Source: Camelus dromedarius
Lineage: Eukaryota
DNA: 64,000 nt
Direction of reading: 5' to 3'
Assembly (NCBI RefSeq): GCF_036321535.1
Contig: NC_087437.1
Location: 6,200,001-6,264,000, forward strand
The notes under the pieces are model-generated. The model saw nothing but the letters and a program-made list of their open reading frames with translations, was not told where the DNA came from and did no database searches. Position numbers and translations under genes: made by a program. Shown here piece after piece: positions 28,216-42,619 of this stretch. The number at the start of each line of letters is the position of its first letter. Within the stretch, counting starts at the first letter, position 1.

Positions 28216-31200
28216 TGACGACCTTGACCTGCAGAATTATGGATGCAGGCTGTAGAGAATCCAGCCCTGTCTCCCCAAACCAAAAACAAGACTCCTCTGA
28301 ACCCCGAAGCACTTGCATGGTATGAAACGAATGCTGTATCTTATTCACTAGTTTATCACTAGAGGAAGACAGCAAAACTCTTCTCTTATAGACCCGAGCA
28401 CTATATGAGCCTATAATGCCTTTAGTTAAGCAAATCTCTGAACCCTCCACTGCAGGAATGCTTGAGACTCTGCACCAGGAAAAATCCAAAGCCATGTTTC
28501 TCCTTCCATTTACCTGAAATGACTGGAGCCTAAAGGAGGGAATTCATAGCTCCCCAAGTCATCAGCTGAGGCACAGGCCCCAAAGCAGAGACCCACTACA
28601 CCCAATTAAGCGTTTAAGCATGGGCCTTCTAATTCAGTTCCACAATAGTTTATGAATACTGATTTAGAAGGGTCAGAAAGAGCATAGGTATCAAGAACTG
28701 GAAAAAAATTATTAAAAAGATACATTTTAGTTAGACTCTCAAAAGAGTAGTATGAAATGAAGAAAAAGAAATTTCATTCTTTGGAGCTAAATAAATATAG
28801 AAAGAGAGGATGTGAGATATATTTAAAGTTAACTGCTTTGTCATATCTTTATTTCCAAGAGAAATTTCCCATAAGCATTGATCATTTTACAATATAAAGA
28901 CAGAACTTCCCAAAGATTCCTACCCCACACCCAGCCCCAGATGCACAGCAACTCACTCACATGTCCCACCGTTTACTGCATGTGCGGGCCAACCAGCCTG
29001 TAGATGATTCAATTAATCTTACAAGTGACATACCAAAAAACCCAACAACAACAACAACAACAAAAAAAAACAGATGTGGCATTAAGATTTACAAAGTTAT
29101 TGAAACTTTTTAACAAGTAAAACGCATCTTTACTTAGCTACACCAGAATGAGGAATAAAGGGGTTTACATATGTTCCAATTCTAAACCTATCAATCAAAC
29201 CCATGTTATTCCTTTGGGAGCTTATTTACATGCATATTTATCAGCCTCACATGCTAATTCCCTGCTGTTTTATGCCTGCGAGGCATGTTTATGAGTCATA
29301 ATTGTTGATCTCATCTGATGTATTTCACTGAAGGAAGACATTATTCAGTTATGTGGTCTCATGTCAATGAGTTACGATGACCCGATCTTCCAAATGCAAC
29401 TTGCTCTTTAATTTTTATTAGGACATAACTTATTGCACAGGAAAAGAAGTATGCTAAAATAAGAGAATAAATGTTTCATGTAAAGAACTTAGTTAATCAT
29501 CTCATTTTTGATCCACCTTACCCCTCATGTTCAACGTGAAATGTAGCCGTAAAAATCGGGTCACTCCGTTAGTCACTTACTTCACTCTTGTACTGAGCCT
29601 TCACTTCCTAGTCTGCCATTTTCACGTTCAGGACCCTCCCCCAGTTCACACTAAAACCTGTTTTCATCCACTGACTCTTCTGTCATATTCCTTTACTATC
29701 ATTTTGTTTTTCCTATCAAGATTCAGTGACTTTTCTGGTCTGTCCTACAAAACGCCACTAGCCAAGCTATTTTTTTCAACTCACTTAAAATGTTACTTCA
29801 GGCAGGAAGTCTTCCTGAAATAGATAAATTGGGTAATGAGTAACTATTTCTACATTCATCCAAACCCTTAGAAAATATTAAGTCTCCACTGGTTACTTCA
29901 CAATATTACTAATTTTAAAAAAGTAAGAACACTATGCAACAAAAAGCAGAAAAAGCAGAACATAGTTTAGTGGAGACATTCAGGGATGGCGTGCACTAAG
30001 AATGTTACTGTTAAAGATAAATGGAATCTATTGCAGTGGACCTTTATTTCTACAATTACCAGTTGGTGTTGCAACCAGGTGCTTTTCAATAATGAAATAT
30101 GACTAGATTGATGACTATAAGACATTTGTAATAGTATGACAAGGGTTTTGAAATAACAGCTTCTACCCACCGTAAGAAATCTAACTTTAAAACCAATATT
30201 TGTGACACAGACTTATGTAAAGAAAATAGTATATGTTTTTCCATATCCAGTACCTTTTGTGTGTAAATATATCATACTACTGAAATATCATAGCAAAAGG
30301 TTACCACACTGGGTTCAATGGGCACCGTGACTCGAGTAGCAGAGCATGAAGCCCGCCTCCACTCCCCCCTCCACCAGGGGATCCCACCACCTGAGCCACA
30401 GCGAGACTGAACTGAAGCCCCGAACATTAAGTGTTAGAAGAGAGGCGCGCTTGGCACGTAAGTAAATGGAGCCCAGTAGACTTCCTCTCTTCTCTTGACC
30501 TACACATGAAGAATAAAAATTACAAAGCTTTCTATTCTTGAAGAGTATTGGAAAATGTTTTAATAGCAGGATTAAAATCTTAGAATGCAATAAAATATTA
30601 TTAGTACTAATTTTCATATGCTCAAATAATTTTTTAAAAGTTTGGCTAAGCAATAAGCTAAGAAAAACACATTACAGAAGAAAAATCTTAAGTACAAAAA
30701 AGCTATAAAAGAAACTTAGCTTTCCCCATTTCTTAGCATTTGCGAAAGATCCAGGAGAAGTTCACAAATAATAGCACTGTACAAAGAGCATTTTTCAAAA
30801 CTCAGAATAAGTAAGTTGATATCCAGAACAGGTACTCACAGTACCAGGGGATTTGAAATGTACTTTAGTGCGTTAGAACTACAGGTGTTAATAGAACTTG
30901 ATTGATTTCCTTTGCACCACAGAGATAAAACCAACCAAATTATATATTTGCTGCAGTAGGAGGTCAGAACGTTAGTAGAGTTACCACATAAAACAAGAAT
31001 ACTTACCCTTTAAAATACTATATATACATAATAAACTATACTAACAGGACACACTAAAGCATTGGCGATGCCAGTTCCAGGATATTATGAGTCTTCCAAT
31101 ATTCTTATCACTGTTATGTAATTAGAAGAATAGTACAATTTAACACTAATCTAGTATGTTCTTTAAATACACTGGGGTTTCATGAAGGAGATGTTTTTAA

Positions 31201-31264
31201 TTGGACACTTTCTTCAGGTCTTTGACCCAGTGAAGGAGGTTTCCTGCTGCTCTAATTAAAACCA

Positions 31265-31510
31265 GAACACACCATTCACTTCCCACCCTGTTTCCCTGCT
31301 TCATTTTCCTCCTTAGCCCTCAACACTGCTGGAGTGATATATATTTTACAGATTAATCTTGTCTACTGTCAGTCTTTCACTAAACCCGCAAACTTCCTGA
31401 GAGCAGAGATTACCGTGTGTTTTGTTCTCCGCAGTCTCTCCAGTATCAACACCAGAGCACAACACAGAGCAGGCTCTCAACAAACTGCCACTGCACGCGG
31501 TCATCAACGA
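31265..31510 (+). mobile_element. L2 3' end fragment
   Basis: AAACTTCCTGAGAGCAGAGAT...GTTTTGTTCTCCGC...GCAGGCTCTCAACAAA. Confidence 0.7.
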
Positions 31511-32917
31511 ATAGTAAACCTTACAAAGAACGCCTGAGGACAACGGACGTAGGAAAAAACCTTTTTTTACATTAATAACCAAATCAGAATACTTAAGTAG
31601 GCCGGTGCTGAATGTCTGATAGCCCTATTAAATCCTAAATACTCACGTCATCAGAGTATGTGTGGCCAAGTTACTGGAGCACCTTAACCTGCCCACTCAT
31701 CTTAGTTGAGCTATTCAACCTCTGAATTAGAGTTAAGAGAAAATATATCACCAACTACTAATCCTATAAAAAGCTATAACTTAGACCTCACCCCTCAAAT
31801 AATGATTTCAATTAAAATGTACGGAAAATGAGTGTCAATCACCTGCAAGTATATTTGAATTATCAGAGATTAAATAAAAGAACAACTATTGATGTTAAAC
31901 AATTTAATACCCCTAACACACTATTAAAAATTTTTGACTTTGATAGAGGATTAAATAATTTGTATATTAATGTAAGCATATGAATTCATACACAGGTTTA
32001 CAACATTAAAAATTCCCTGAATATTCCAACATTCACTCTTTATGTATGTATTTTAACTGTACTTTAAAAATTTCAGATAAACACAAAGAGTATAAAACAC
32101 TCATTTCTGGTAGAGTACCTGCACATGGTAGGAAAGAGGGTTTGGAACTTCTACAAAAAAATAAATTTTGGAAGTGGCTCTGTAGCTCATCACACGTACT
32201 CAACATTCTCTCTTCCATTGAGATAACACCTGTTTTGGCCATGAGTCACTAAATCAAATTTGGTGAGAATTTAGTTGACTTTAAGGTGGAAATGTCTACT
32301 GCTGGACAAATTTGTGGCTTTTTTTATTTAATAGAATCTATTTTTTATTTAGAAAGGAAACAAAAGTACAGGTTTTATAAATAAGACCAATGAATATATT
32401 GGCCAAATCCCCTCATAATTAAATTTTATTTCACTCTCTTAAAAAGGTGTGGCTTTTCACCTATTTACAGTACATACTGGAACAAGCAGGCATCTATCTC
32501 ATGAAGGGAAGGACGCATAAACCTCACTTTGACGCCAGACATAATTTTCAAATATGATGTTTTCCCCTTAAAGAATTTACCTAACAATGGTGAAGAGACA
32601 TAAAATTAAGATAAGAAGAGAGACTTTAAAACAAGAACTATCTAATAATCTACTAAAGGTGCACATGGCCAAACTCAATAATCATTTGGTAGGAGTTATG
32701 CTGGCAAATATTTTCCTGGAATATTAACTACTTACTCATCAAAATAGATTTCTGAGTTACAACCACTACTGAGATAAAAAGACTTATCACAATCTGAGTT
32801 TATTTATGTTTGTTGTAGGAGAGGTTTCATTGTATCTTTGTTTTTTTTTCTGGGCAAAATGGGGAAACCATATACTACCATATACTACTTCCTATTTTAA
32901 TTGACTTAAAAAGTGAA

Positions 32918-33173
32918 TGTCTTAGTCCATTCAGGCTGCTGCAACAAAAATACCACAGACTAAGTGGTTTAAACAACACATACTGTCCTCACAGGGTAGG
33001 AGGAGGGGGAGCACTCTCGGGGGCCATTTCATGAGGGCACTACTCCCATTTAAAAGGGCCCCTCCCTCCTAACCTCATCACCCCCAGAGGCCCCGCCTCC
33101 TAACACCATCACTTTGGGGGTTCAGATTTCAATATATAAAGTTTGTAAGAATATCAGTATTCATTCCATAACA
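32918..33173 (-). mobile_element. MLT1A-like MaLR solo LTR, internally deleted, with a perfect 5-bp TSD GTGAA
   Basis: TGTCTTAGTCCATTCAGGCTGCT...CCTCCTAACACCATCAC...CCATAACA; GTGAA at 32913-32917 and 33174-33178. Confidence 0.92.
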
Positions 33174-33559
33174 GTGAATATTACAAAATTTATTTCAAAT
33201 AAGGTCTTCTGTGCTAGATATGGGCACAATTAGCAATATTTCAAAAACAGGATAAATTCATTATCCTTTAGGGGAAAAAGTTGGGAGGTATGTGAAAGTA
33301 AAAGAAATAAAGAGTAACACAAACCCAGAAATTTAAAGAACTAGTCCGATCTTCAGAAGACATGTTTAGCCAGTTTTAGATGAATAAGGACTTTACATTC
33401 AACTGGTTATGTACATTTTAATCTCTTTTGATGCCTCACTGACAATAAAAGTAAAAAAAAAAACAGCAAAAAAACAGGGAAAAAACCCACAGGATTTCAG
33501 AAGGACAAAAATTAAACTGGAAAATTAATGGACAAGGACAAATTAAGACTTGTGATAAA

Positions 33560-33880
33560 TACTGTCAAACTGAGTGCTGGAAGGATTGTATCAATTTATA
33601 TTCCCACTAAAAGCAAATGATAATGTACATCTCTCCAGACCTCAGCCAGTGTCCAGTTTTATTATGTGTTGAATCTTTGACAATTTGTTTTAAAAAACTG
33701 TCTTGCCTTAATATTCTATAGACGGAAAATGAGGTAATCCTCCATATAAGTATTAAACATCTATAATATTAAACACTTTTTGAGAATTAATATGTTCTTT
33801 GGCCATTTTTATATTATGTTCATCTTTTTTTTCCCCCTAATTTTTCTGAATTCTCAAACACTAAGGATATCAAACACTTA
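33560..33880 (-). mobile_element. Decayed L1ME fragment
   Basis: GATTGTATCAATTTATATTCCCACT...TGTTCTTTGGCCATTTTT...AAGGATATCAAAC. Confidence 0.6.
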
Positions 33881-33924
33881 TTTACCAATTCTAAAAGGCT
33901 AGAGTGTCTTGGGCTCCTTGCCCC

Positions 33925-34420
33925 CACTATCTACATGTTCTCAAATCCAACATCATCCAAGTGCTGACATGTCCCCAAAATCCAGACCTTAAGACTCTGT
34001 ATTGCCAGAATTATTGACTCCCATACTTGTCTGCTCAGTGAACATCTGGAAAAGAATGTCAAAAAAATCTTGATTTTGTCTCCCCACTCCCATTCTCTCC
34101 AAATTTAATTTTCCCCCAGTTTCTGACATTTCAATAAAGAGCATCACCTATCTAGTCAGTTACCCGAGGCGGAAACCTAGGAACCTTTCTGGATTCCCTC
34201 TCACAATCGTGACCCCGCCACTGATTCATCAGCAAGTAGTGTTCTCTGCTCATCTCAAAGATATGAGATCTCATTTACTTCTCTTCATGTCCACTGCCAC
34301 CACCACAATGCAAAGCCACCATCACCCCTCTCCCGAGTACAGCATCATTTCCTAACTGACCTCCCTGCTTCGACTCCTGCCTCCACATTATCCACACAAG
34401 ACCAGAATGCTCCAATAAAA
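33925..34420 (+). mobile_element. L2 fragment
   Basis: GCATCACCTATCTAGTCAGTTACCCGAGGCGGAAACCTAGGA...CCTAACTGACCTCCCTGCTTC. Confidence 0.7.
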
Positions 34421-34429
34421 ATGTGAATC

Positions 34430-35990
34430 ATAGTTTCTAACACAATTCCAGCATGATTATTTAAGGATACAGAAAAGCTTATTCTAAAATTTATATGGAA
34501 GAGGCAAAGGCACCAGAGTAGCCAAAACACCTTTGAAAAGGAAGGATAAAGTGGGAGAAACTACACTACCTGATTAATAACTTAGTAGCCAGCAGTGTTT
34601 CTCAACCTTTTTTTTCATTATCACTTCTATAAGGAACATTTTTAGACTTTTTTCCCCCAACTGCTCCCCATCCGTGAAATTTTAGTGCCACAAATATACT
34701 GTATTTCTGTTATACCCTGGGGCCCTTTGCAGAGCCACAACCATTGTGACGTCTAAGATTTTCCCCCAACTACAAAAACACATTTTTGCTCCCTTGGGGG
34801 CAACATCACCCTGTGGGGAATGCAAGCTGTATTCCTGAAGTGTTCAGGACAGTTCAGTACTGGCAGAGGGATAGACATATGGCCAGTGGAACAGAAAAGA
34901 GTCCACAAATGGTCCCCAAAAAGTACAACCAACTGATTGTTGGCAAAGGTACACAAGCACCTCAATGAAGGAAGAATGATCTTTTCAACAAATGGCACTG
35001 GAACAATTAGAGGGGCAAAAACATAGACCCTGATCTAAATCTCACATCTTATCCAAAAATACACTTAAATGGATCATGAATCTAAGTGTAAAATATAAAA
35101 CCAAAAAACTTTTAGAAGAAAATAAACAAAATCATCAAGACCTAGGGTTAGGTGAAGAGTTATTTGACATTAGTTCTTAGATACGACATCAACGGCATAA
35201 TTCATCAGTGAAAAGAAATCAAAATAAAATAAATTTCTCTGTGAAAGACTCTGTTAGAAGAGATGAAAAAACAAGCCCAAGATGAGGAGAAAATATTTGC
35301 AGATCATGTATCTGACAGAGCACTGGTATCTAGAATATATAAAGAATTCTCTAAACTCAACAGGAAAAATAAAATCCTTTTTGGCAAATAACTTGAACAG
35401 ACACTTCACCAAAGAGAAAATGTAGGTGGCAAATGTACACATTAAAAATATTCAACATCATTAGCCATTAGGAAAGTGCACATTAAAACCACAAAGAGTT
35501 ACTATTATGTCCTTATTAGAACAGTTTAAAAAAAATCCTGGCAATACCAAAATAGCGGTGAGGATGCTGAACAACTGGTCTTCTAATACGTTGCTGATGG
35601 AAAAGTAAGATGGCGTAGCTGCTCTGGAAAATAGCTCAACCAACTTACATCCACACAAAAATCTGTACACAAATGCTGCTTGGAGCTTTGTTAGTAATTG
35701 CCAAAATTTGTAAACAACCCAAAAGTCCTTCAATAGGTGAATGGATAAACAAACTGTAGTCCATCCATAGAATGGAACTGTACTCAGCAAATAAAAGTAA
35801 AAAAACTATTGATACATCTAACAACTTAGATGGGTCTCAAGATCATGCTGTGGAATAAAAAGGCCAATCAAAAAGTGTTATATTCTATATGACTTCACTT
35901 ATACAACATTATTTAAGTGACCAAGTTATACCAGTGCAGAACAGACTGAAGATTGCTAGGGGTTAGAGCTGGGGGAAAAGGTCTGACAAG
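34430..35990 (+). mobile_element. Old L1M ORF2 3' part and 3' UTR
   Basis: TTCTAAAATTTATATGGAA, TCTTTTCAACAAATGG..CTGGAACAATT and GAACAGACACTTCACCAAAGA. The minus ORFs at 34753, 35254 and 35461 are antisense L1 peptides. Confidence 0.9.
34593..34826. mobile_element. Non-autonomous hAT-Charlie element nested in L1
   Basis: Starts CAGTGTTTCTCAACC, ends GTGGGGAATGCAAG (degenerate TIR), and interrupts L1 ORF2 sequence. Confidence 0.7.
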
Positions 35991-36009
35991 GAATTGGACT
36001 GTGATTTTG

Positions 36010-38200
36010 TTTAGGTTTCTCTTACATTTATGACTGTTGCAAATTTCGTCTTCTATAAAATGTATGCCTGTTCACGTCTTTTTCCTACTGATTCACAGAC
36101 ATTCTTTATGTATTTTGGATATCAAACTTCTGTTAGTTTTGTATATTATCTTTTCCTTGATTGTAGCTTCTATTTTCCCTTTGTTATCTTCTGATGACAG
36201 AATTTCTTGATAAATTCAACCCAGTTCTATATGACTTCCTTTTTTGTGTCTTATATATTTTGCCTCTGTAAAGTATAATGGTAAGGTAGGATGAACTGGT
36301 ATTCTTCAGTTGGGTTTTTCCCCCAAATGGAAAATCAGCTGTCCTCAGCACCATTTCATGAACCCATTCTTTCCCATTGATCTGCAATGCCAGCTTGGCT
36401 GTCTATTAGGTTTTAACACATGTGTGAATCTATCTGGACTTTCTGTTCTTCCCACTGGTCTGTTTGTCAAGTTATGAACCATTACACATACTACCTATAG
36501 TTACACAGTACACCTTCATTCTTCTTCAGAAGGGTCTTGGCTATTGAACCTTTTGTTCCTTAATATTAGAATCAACCTGCCAAATAACTCAAAAAACACT
36601 TGGGATTTTGATTTAAAAGTATGCTGAACCTGTAGATCAACGTGGAAACTTAATAGCTCTGTGATGATGCATTCTCTCTTCCATGATCATGGTGAGTTCT
36701 CTGTATTTATTCAGGTCTTAAATGTCTTTCCATAAAGTTTCATAATATCCTTGACAAAAGCTATCATATTATTTATTGAATTTATTCAAGGGTATTCCTA
36801 TTATTATATTATTTTTATTACGTATATTTCTAAGTGCAAATGATATTACATGTTAATTTTAAAACAAGGTATATATATAAAAGAAATTATTAATTCTAAT
36901 AATTTACCCATAGATTCTTATCTTGTTCCTAGTCTTAAAGAGAACATTTAAAACATTTCACCACTGAAGATGATTTTACTATAGTTCTTTTACACATGTT
37001 CTTTTTCATATTATGGAAGTTATTTTTCTACTCACAATTTGCTTAGAGTTGTTTTTTTTTTTATCACAGTGTTATTTGATGTTTTCCCTACACCTAATGA
37101 AATGGTCTTTCTTCTTTACTTTATTAATGAGGTGAATTTTATATTTATTTATTTATTTATTTATTTAGTAATTAACAAACCCTGCATTTCCAGGATAAAA
37201 TTTGGTAAGATGTGTTATCTTTTTATACATTGCTACATTCAGTTTACCAACGTTTTATTTGTATTAAGTTCAAGCACAAGAATGGCCTGTACTTTCTCAT
37301 AAAGCCCTTGTCTGATATCGTTATAAAGGTTATATTAGCCATGTGATACGAATTTGAGAACATTCCCTATATTTCAATTCTCTGAAAGAATTTTTAACTA
37401 GAGTAAAATTGCCCTTTTGTTTGTTAGAAATCAACTGTCCCCAAATTGGGACTGGTGTGGGATATGATTAAGTATTTAGTCCAGTATATTGATGGTTAGA
37501 GGATCACACAGAATGTTTTTCTTATTTTATATTTTAACGTTTGTGATCCACAATACATGATTGTGTGTACTTACTAAAAATAACTTTACCAAATAACAAA
37601 TTTTTCCCATTTTAAAATAAACTCTCTGTATATGTTGTAATAGTTTACATAGCCATAGTTTTTTATGTATAAAATGTAACTCGAAAAGTAATTCAAGTAC
37701 TCTAGCCTTACAGAGTACTCAGTATTTTACTTAAAATGGATTTAACTATCTTTCTTTCAGTTTTAACAATTCTTTTTTACTATAAAATTTTCCACATCTT
37801 AGTTTTCAAGTGTGCTGTCATAAAATTTTTCACAGTATTTTCTTACTGTCTTTTTAATCAGTGTATAATTCTGAATTAATTTTAGAAAGATATTTTCCAG
37901 GTTCAAAGAGTCACTCTGTGAATTTACAAAATTATATTACATTTGTTTAAAATTCTCTCTAAAATCTTAACTCATTTCATATGTAATGTATTTTTTAATC
38001 TGGTAATTTCAGATATACAGAAAAACTAGCTTTTCCTTAATTATTTCCCAATGGCCACCACACTGGAGCTCTCTTTATTTCTTCTATTATTCTTCAGTCA
38101 ACTGTCCCAGATTTTCAGTTAATTATTTTGTGTTTTCCATAACACTATCCTTTTTTGACTGATTCTTACTGATACAAAATACTTACATCATAATTGTTTA
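36010..38200 (-). mobile_element. Very old L1ME-type ORF2 fragments
   Basis: TTCTTTATGTATTTTGGATATCAAAC, CTCAGCACCATTT and TGGGATTTTGATT antisense ORF2 motifs, increasingly decayed with distance. Confidence 0.7.
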
Positions 38201-38222
38201 TTTACATTTTTGCTTCAGTATC

Positions 38223-38951
38223 TGTGGCAAACTGATGGTACAAATGGCCCTGATCAGTCCTCTTTTGAACATATGTCTTTTAAGACTGGACTTTCCCAGT
38301 TCCTTCCATCAAGAGGCAGTGGCATTGTAATAGTAATGAGCTCCGTAATTCATTAATGATGAAATTTCTCTCCACTTATTTATATCTTCCTTACAGTAAT
38401 GTTTTGTAGTTTTCAGTGTAATTCCTCCACCTTTTCTGTCAAATGTGTTCCCAAGTATTTAATTCTTTTTAATACTACTGTGAGTAGAATTTTGGGCTTA
38501 GAATTATTGTTGGGATTGTTCATTGATAGTATACAGAAATACAAGTTTACTACTACTTTACTTTGGTTGACTCTGTTACTTGCTTTGACCAACAAAATGT
38601 GGTAGATGTGACCAAGCACAAGTACCAAGCCTAGTTCTCATGAAAACCTGAAGCTTCTGTTTATCTTTGTGGAATGCTGACACTACAATGGAAAACAAGC
38701 AGTGGCCGGCCTATGGAAGGATGAAACAGGTGGCTCGGTCACTCCATCACTTCACTCAACCGCCAGCAATCACCAGACACTCGAGTGAGGCCATCTCAGA
38801 TCAGCTATTCCCCAAACGTATAAGCAAGCTCAGCACAGAGCAAGAGAATTACCCAGCTTACCCACTTCCTCGTTAGCAATAATAAACGCTTACTGTTTTA
38901 TGTAACTGAGTTTAGGGCTGGTTTGTTACACAGCAAAAGCCAACTGATAGA
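38223..38951 (+). mobile_element. MLT1F/G-like MaLR LTR interrupted by a minus-strand L1 fragment (about 38325-38550)
   Basis: TTCCATCAAGAGG | insert | TTACTTGCTTTGACCAACAAAATGTGGTAGA...AATAAA...GGTTTGTTACACAGCAAAAGC.AACTGATA. Confidence 0.85.
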
Positions 38952-41900
38952 CTATTTATAAATAAGATGAAATATTATTGCTTGACACATACTAAACATA
39001 TAAATGGCCAACACAGTTCATTTTAGTTATAGAGCTCAGCTATACACCATTTGGAAACATTTTCACTCTGTAAATGTAAAATACATCAAAATGTAATTCA
39101 AGGAACTTTTTAGAGAATAATTCTAAAATTGCAAAAGTTTGCAATATGCTTTTACTGAAAAGTTTTTTGTAAAGAGAATAGAAAAACATATTAGAACTTT
39201 AAAAATCAGAAAAGAAAAGTTAATCTTCTCAGACTATGTCTCAAACTATACTTCAAACTTTTTTGAAATGACACAGAACATACATATGCAAGTTAAAAAA
39301 TAAAAATTTCTCACTAAGAAACATTTATTTTAGAAATATTAATAATGTCACTCTTGATAAGAATGACCACGTTGAATAAGCATACTGTGACCCTTAAAAA
39401 AGTATTACAGTAAAATAATTCAATACTGCCTTTTTGTGGCAAATGACATCTTTTTTAATCACTTAACATATAAAGTAAATGATCCTTAAACAAACACCCT
39501 CAGAACACAATTCTCTGGTATTTGGAAGAAGTTAACTTTTCAAGAAAATTATCCAGAGCCTAAACATGAATAATATATTTTGATATTTAATCACATACAT
39601 CAAAGGCAATATTTAAGAGTCCCCTGTAATATGTACTTTTAAGTCATATTTTTAAAAAAAACTTCTTAAAGTCATTTTTGTTTAAAAAATAATTTAAAGT
39701 GATGAATAATTAGGTATTATATCTAAAAGGTAAGCACAAAGACATTTATTAGCAAAGAAACAGGGAAATTTAAAAATAACCCTGCAACATTTTTGTGTAT
39801 GTAATTTATCAAGAAATGTTGGAAAAGAACAAAACAAATGTTGGCTCATTTTGGAGCTTCTTTGTCATCATTAATGTATTCAGGTTTTCACAGCCGAACT
39901 GCTATACTTTGAAAAGATTTTCATGAAAGGAAACTCATATTCAATGTTTAAACAAAGCTGTCAGGTTACCAAGATTAAAATTTGTTTGAGTGTCCAGAAA
40001 AAGCTTTCCTTAAAAAAAATAAAAACAAAAACTTTGTTGATCTTTATTTACAAACAAAGTAAAATAAGCTTTTGTTTCATCATGCATATTTATTTTTGGA
40101 AAAAATGTAGCGATAGAACAATTTTACAATAAAAGTAAGACTATTTTGAGCCACTCTTTTGTTTCATTACTAGTCCTATTTCTCAAATTGATACAAATGA
40201 TCTCCTTCTGTTTCTGTCTGTCTGCTTGCCTTGTCAGGACACCTAACTGTCAGGGGTGGGGAGATCTCTTATATCCAAACAGAAGACGTGCAGTTTGTAA
40301 CCTGCTTAATTCGCCTTATGTCCTACATGCCCTCAGTATGGTGTTCATTAAAGTCTCAGCTGTTTTGTTCAAAGTAGTGGCAGCCTAAACACAGGCTTAT
40401 TTTTCTTTGTTAAAAGGCCAGATTGTGCATAAATATACCCCTAATCTGTGTGTGTGCGTGTGTGTTTTAATGGCAAGAAATTACCAAGTATGTAAATGCT
40501 TCTTGGTATTTTCATTACTCAAGCCAGGCATCTGAACCCATACAGTCCCTTGCCTAGATGTTCATAAAAATAGCACCTCTCAGTCTTTGGAGAGAGGTTT
40601 AACATAACAGCCATCTCTAAAATCAGATATCCTATATTAAGAACTGAAAGTTGGTATAGATTAATTCTATAAATTGCCATTAAAAACCATTCTTAAGAGT
40701 CCCCATCCACCCCTCCAAGAAGTTCCTGGTAGGCTCTCAGTTGCCAGTCCTAATTGCTTCCATGTATCTGATTATATAAAAGGTTTAAGTGAAACCTACT
40801 TACACTGCCTTGGCAATAAGATTAAATGGCTCAAATCAATTACTTTTCTTTGGCTTGAACAGAAATCTCAAAACTTAACATTTAACTGGCCGATCCAGTT
40901 ACTGAACAGAATTTCTGTTCAGTTCTGATCAGAAGCAGATTTTACTATAACACTAAGGTTTTAAATGCAATATAAAAACAAGCCTTTATTGATGACAAAT
41001 AATTTCCAAACATGTATGAATTTTATAGTTAACAATATTCACATGTATCAAATTAATCACATACTGAAATCATTAAAAGTAGAAGGTATAAAATGTGTCA
41101 AATACTTAATGACTACATTTTTGTGTGAAGTTTGATTAACAAGACAAAAGGTTTATTTTTAACCTGTTACTAAGTTACTTGTGATGTTAATTTTAACATG
41201 CAATTAATTAAACGTATATAAAGGATTATTAAAATATTATTCCTGACAGCTGCAATAAACAATTTAACCTCTGAATGACTAAAAACTAAATACTGTCTAT
41301 AGGTCATTTTGGCCCATACAATTTTAAAATAAAATTATATTAACTATTAAATACAGCTGCCTGAACATGACTTTAAGAAAATAATCATAATTGCATGTTC
41401 AAAAGCTTTTCTCCAGAACTATCGGACAACTGACTGCAGAAAATGGTCTTAGGAGGCAAAGATCTTGGGAGATAACTGGTGAAGTATCGGAAGACCAAAG
41501 ACACCAAACTGTCCCCTGATGTTACCCTCCGAATCATCTGTAGTTTATGGACTTTCGAAGCTTGCTTTCAGACAAAGGAAGAGCAAAGATTTTTACCCTA
41601 GTGTTGATGTTTTATTATCATTCATCCACCAAGCTTTCAGGAGAAAAGAGGGTCCCACACTAGAACACTGAGGATGAAGCATGACTGGAGAGCAGCTGAA
41701 ATGAGGAAGTGACAGGACGGGAAGCAAGTCCCACAGTAAAAAGCTGGGTAAGGTGAAGAGAACCACCTGGGAAGGAAGGAAGGCTATACCGATTTCCCGG
41801 TTCGTCCTCAACGACACCAACAGAAGGACTTTTCAACACAATATGGCAGGAAACACTACCTGTCAGTATGAAACCTGTCACACTCCTGATGTCATAATCG

Positions 41901-42619
41901 GGCCAAACTTCATCATAAAGCCTGATTAAGAGATAACAAAACTTGGGTTTTACTATGCTGGGGGTAGAACTATAACTTCAAGAACTAAATTATCAGAAAC
42001 TCAAAAGCTGACAGGAAGTCTGCCACTCCTGGTTTGGACAGCCCCTGTGCCACCCCCAGTCCCCTGGGGGTTCTTCTGTAACTAGGATAACTGATGGCAC
42101 CACGTGTATGACCTACTATGGGCTAAACTAACCTTCCCCAGAGTGAATTCACAGGACCCAAGATAAGGTCTCTGTCATCACATGAAGAGAAGAGGAAAAG
42201 GAAAGAGGCACCCTTGTTATCCTAACTGAATCAAAGAGGTAATACAGTCAATTCTTCACACCTGCAAAGTGACTCTGGACAACACTAAATTACTTAAAAG
42301 AAATATGAACAACATAAAAAACTGTAAGTTATGTTAGAGTGTATAAATCAACAATGACAAATTTTTAGGTACAATACTATTGTTCCTACTACGTTCTACT
42401 AATGAAGAAAAATAAAGTAAATTGATATACAGGATTTACTAAGCGTTTCTGGTGTTGAAATAAGAAACAGGTTTACATTTTTTAAAGGTATTGTGAGGAC
42501 TGTGATTCTTTTGTACAAGTCTGAAAACATTATTGGCAGTTTTTCTGCTGTCTGTCCGCACTCAGTTATTTTAAGACATGAGTTCTGGAAGTATCACTGT
42601 AAAAATCTCTTCACAGTAA

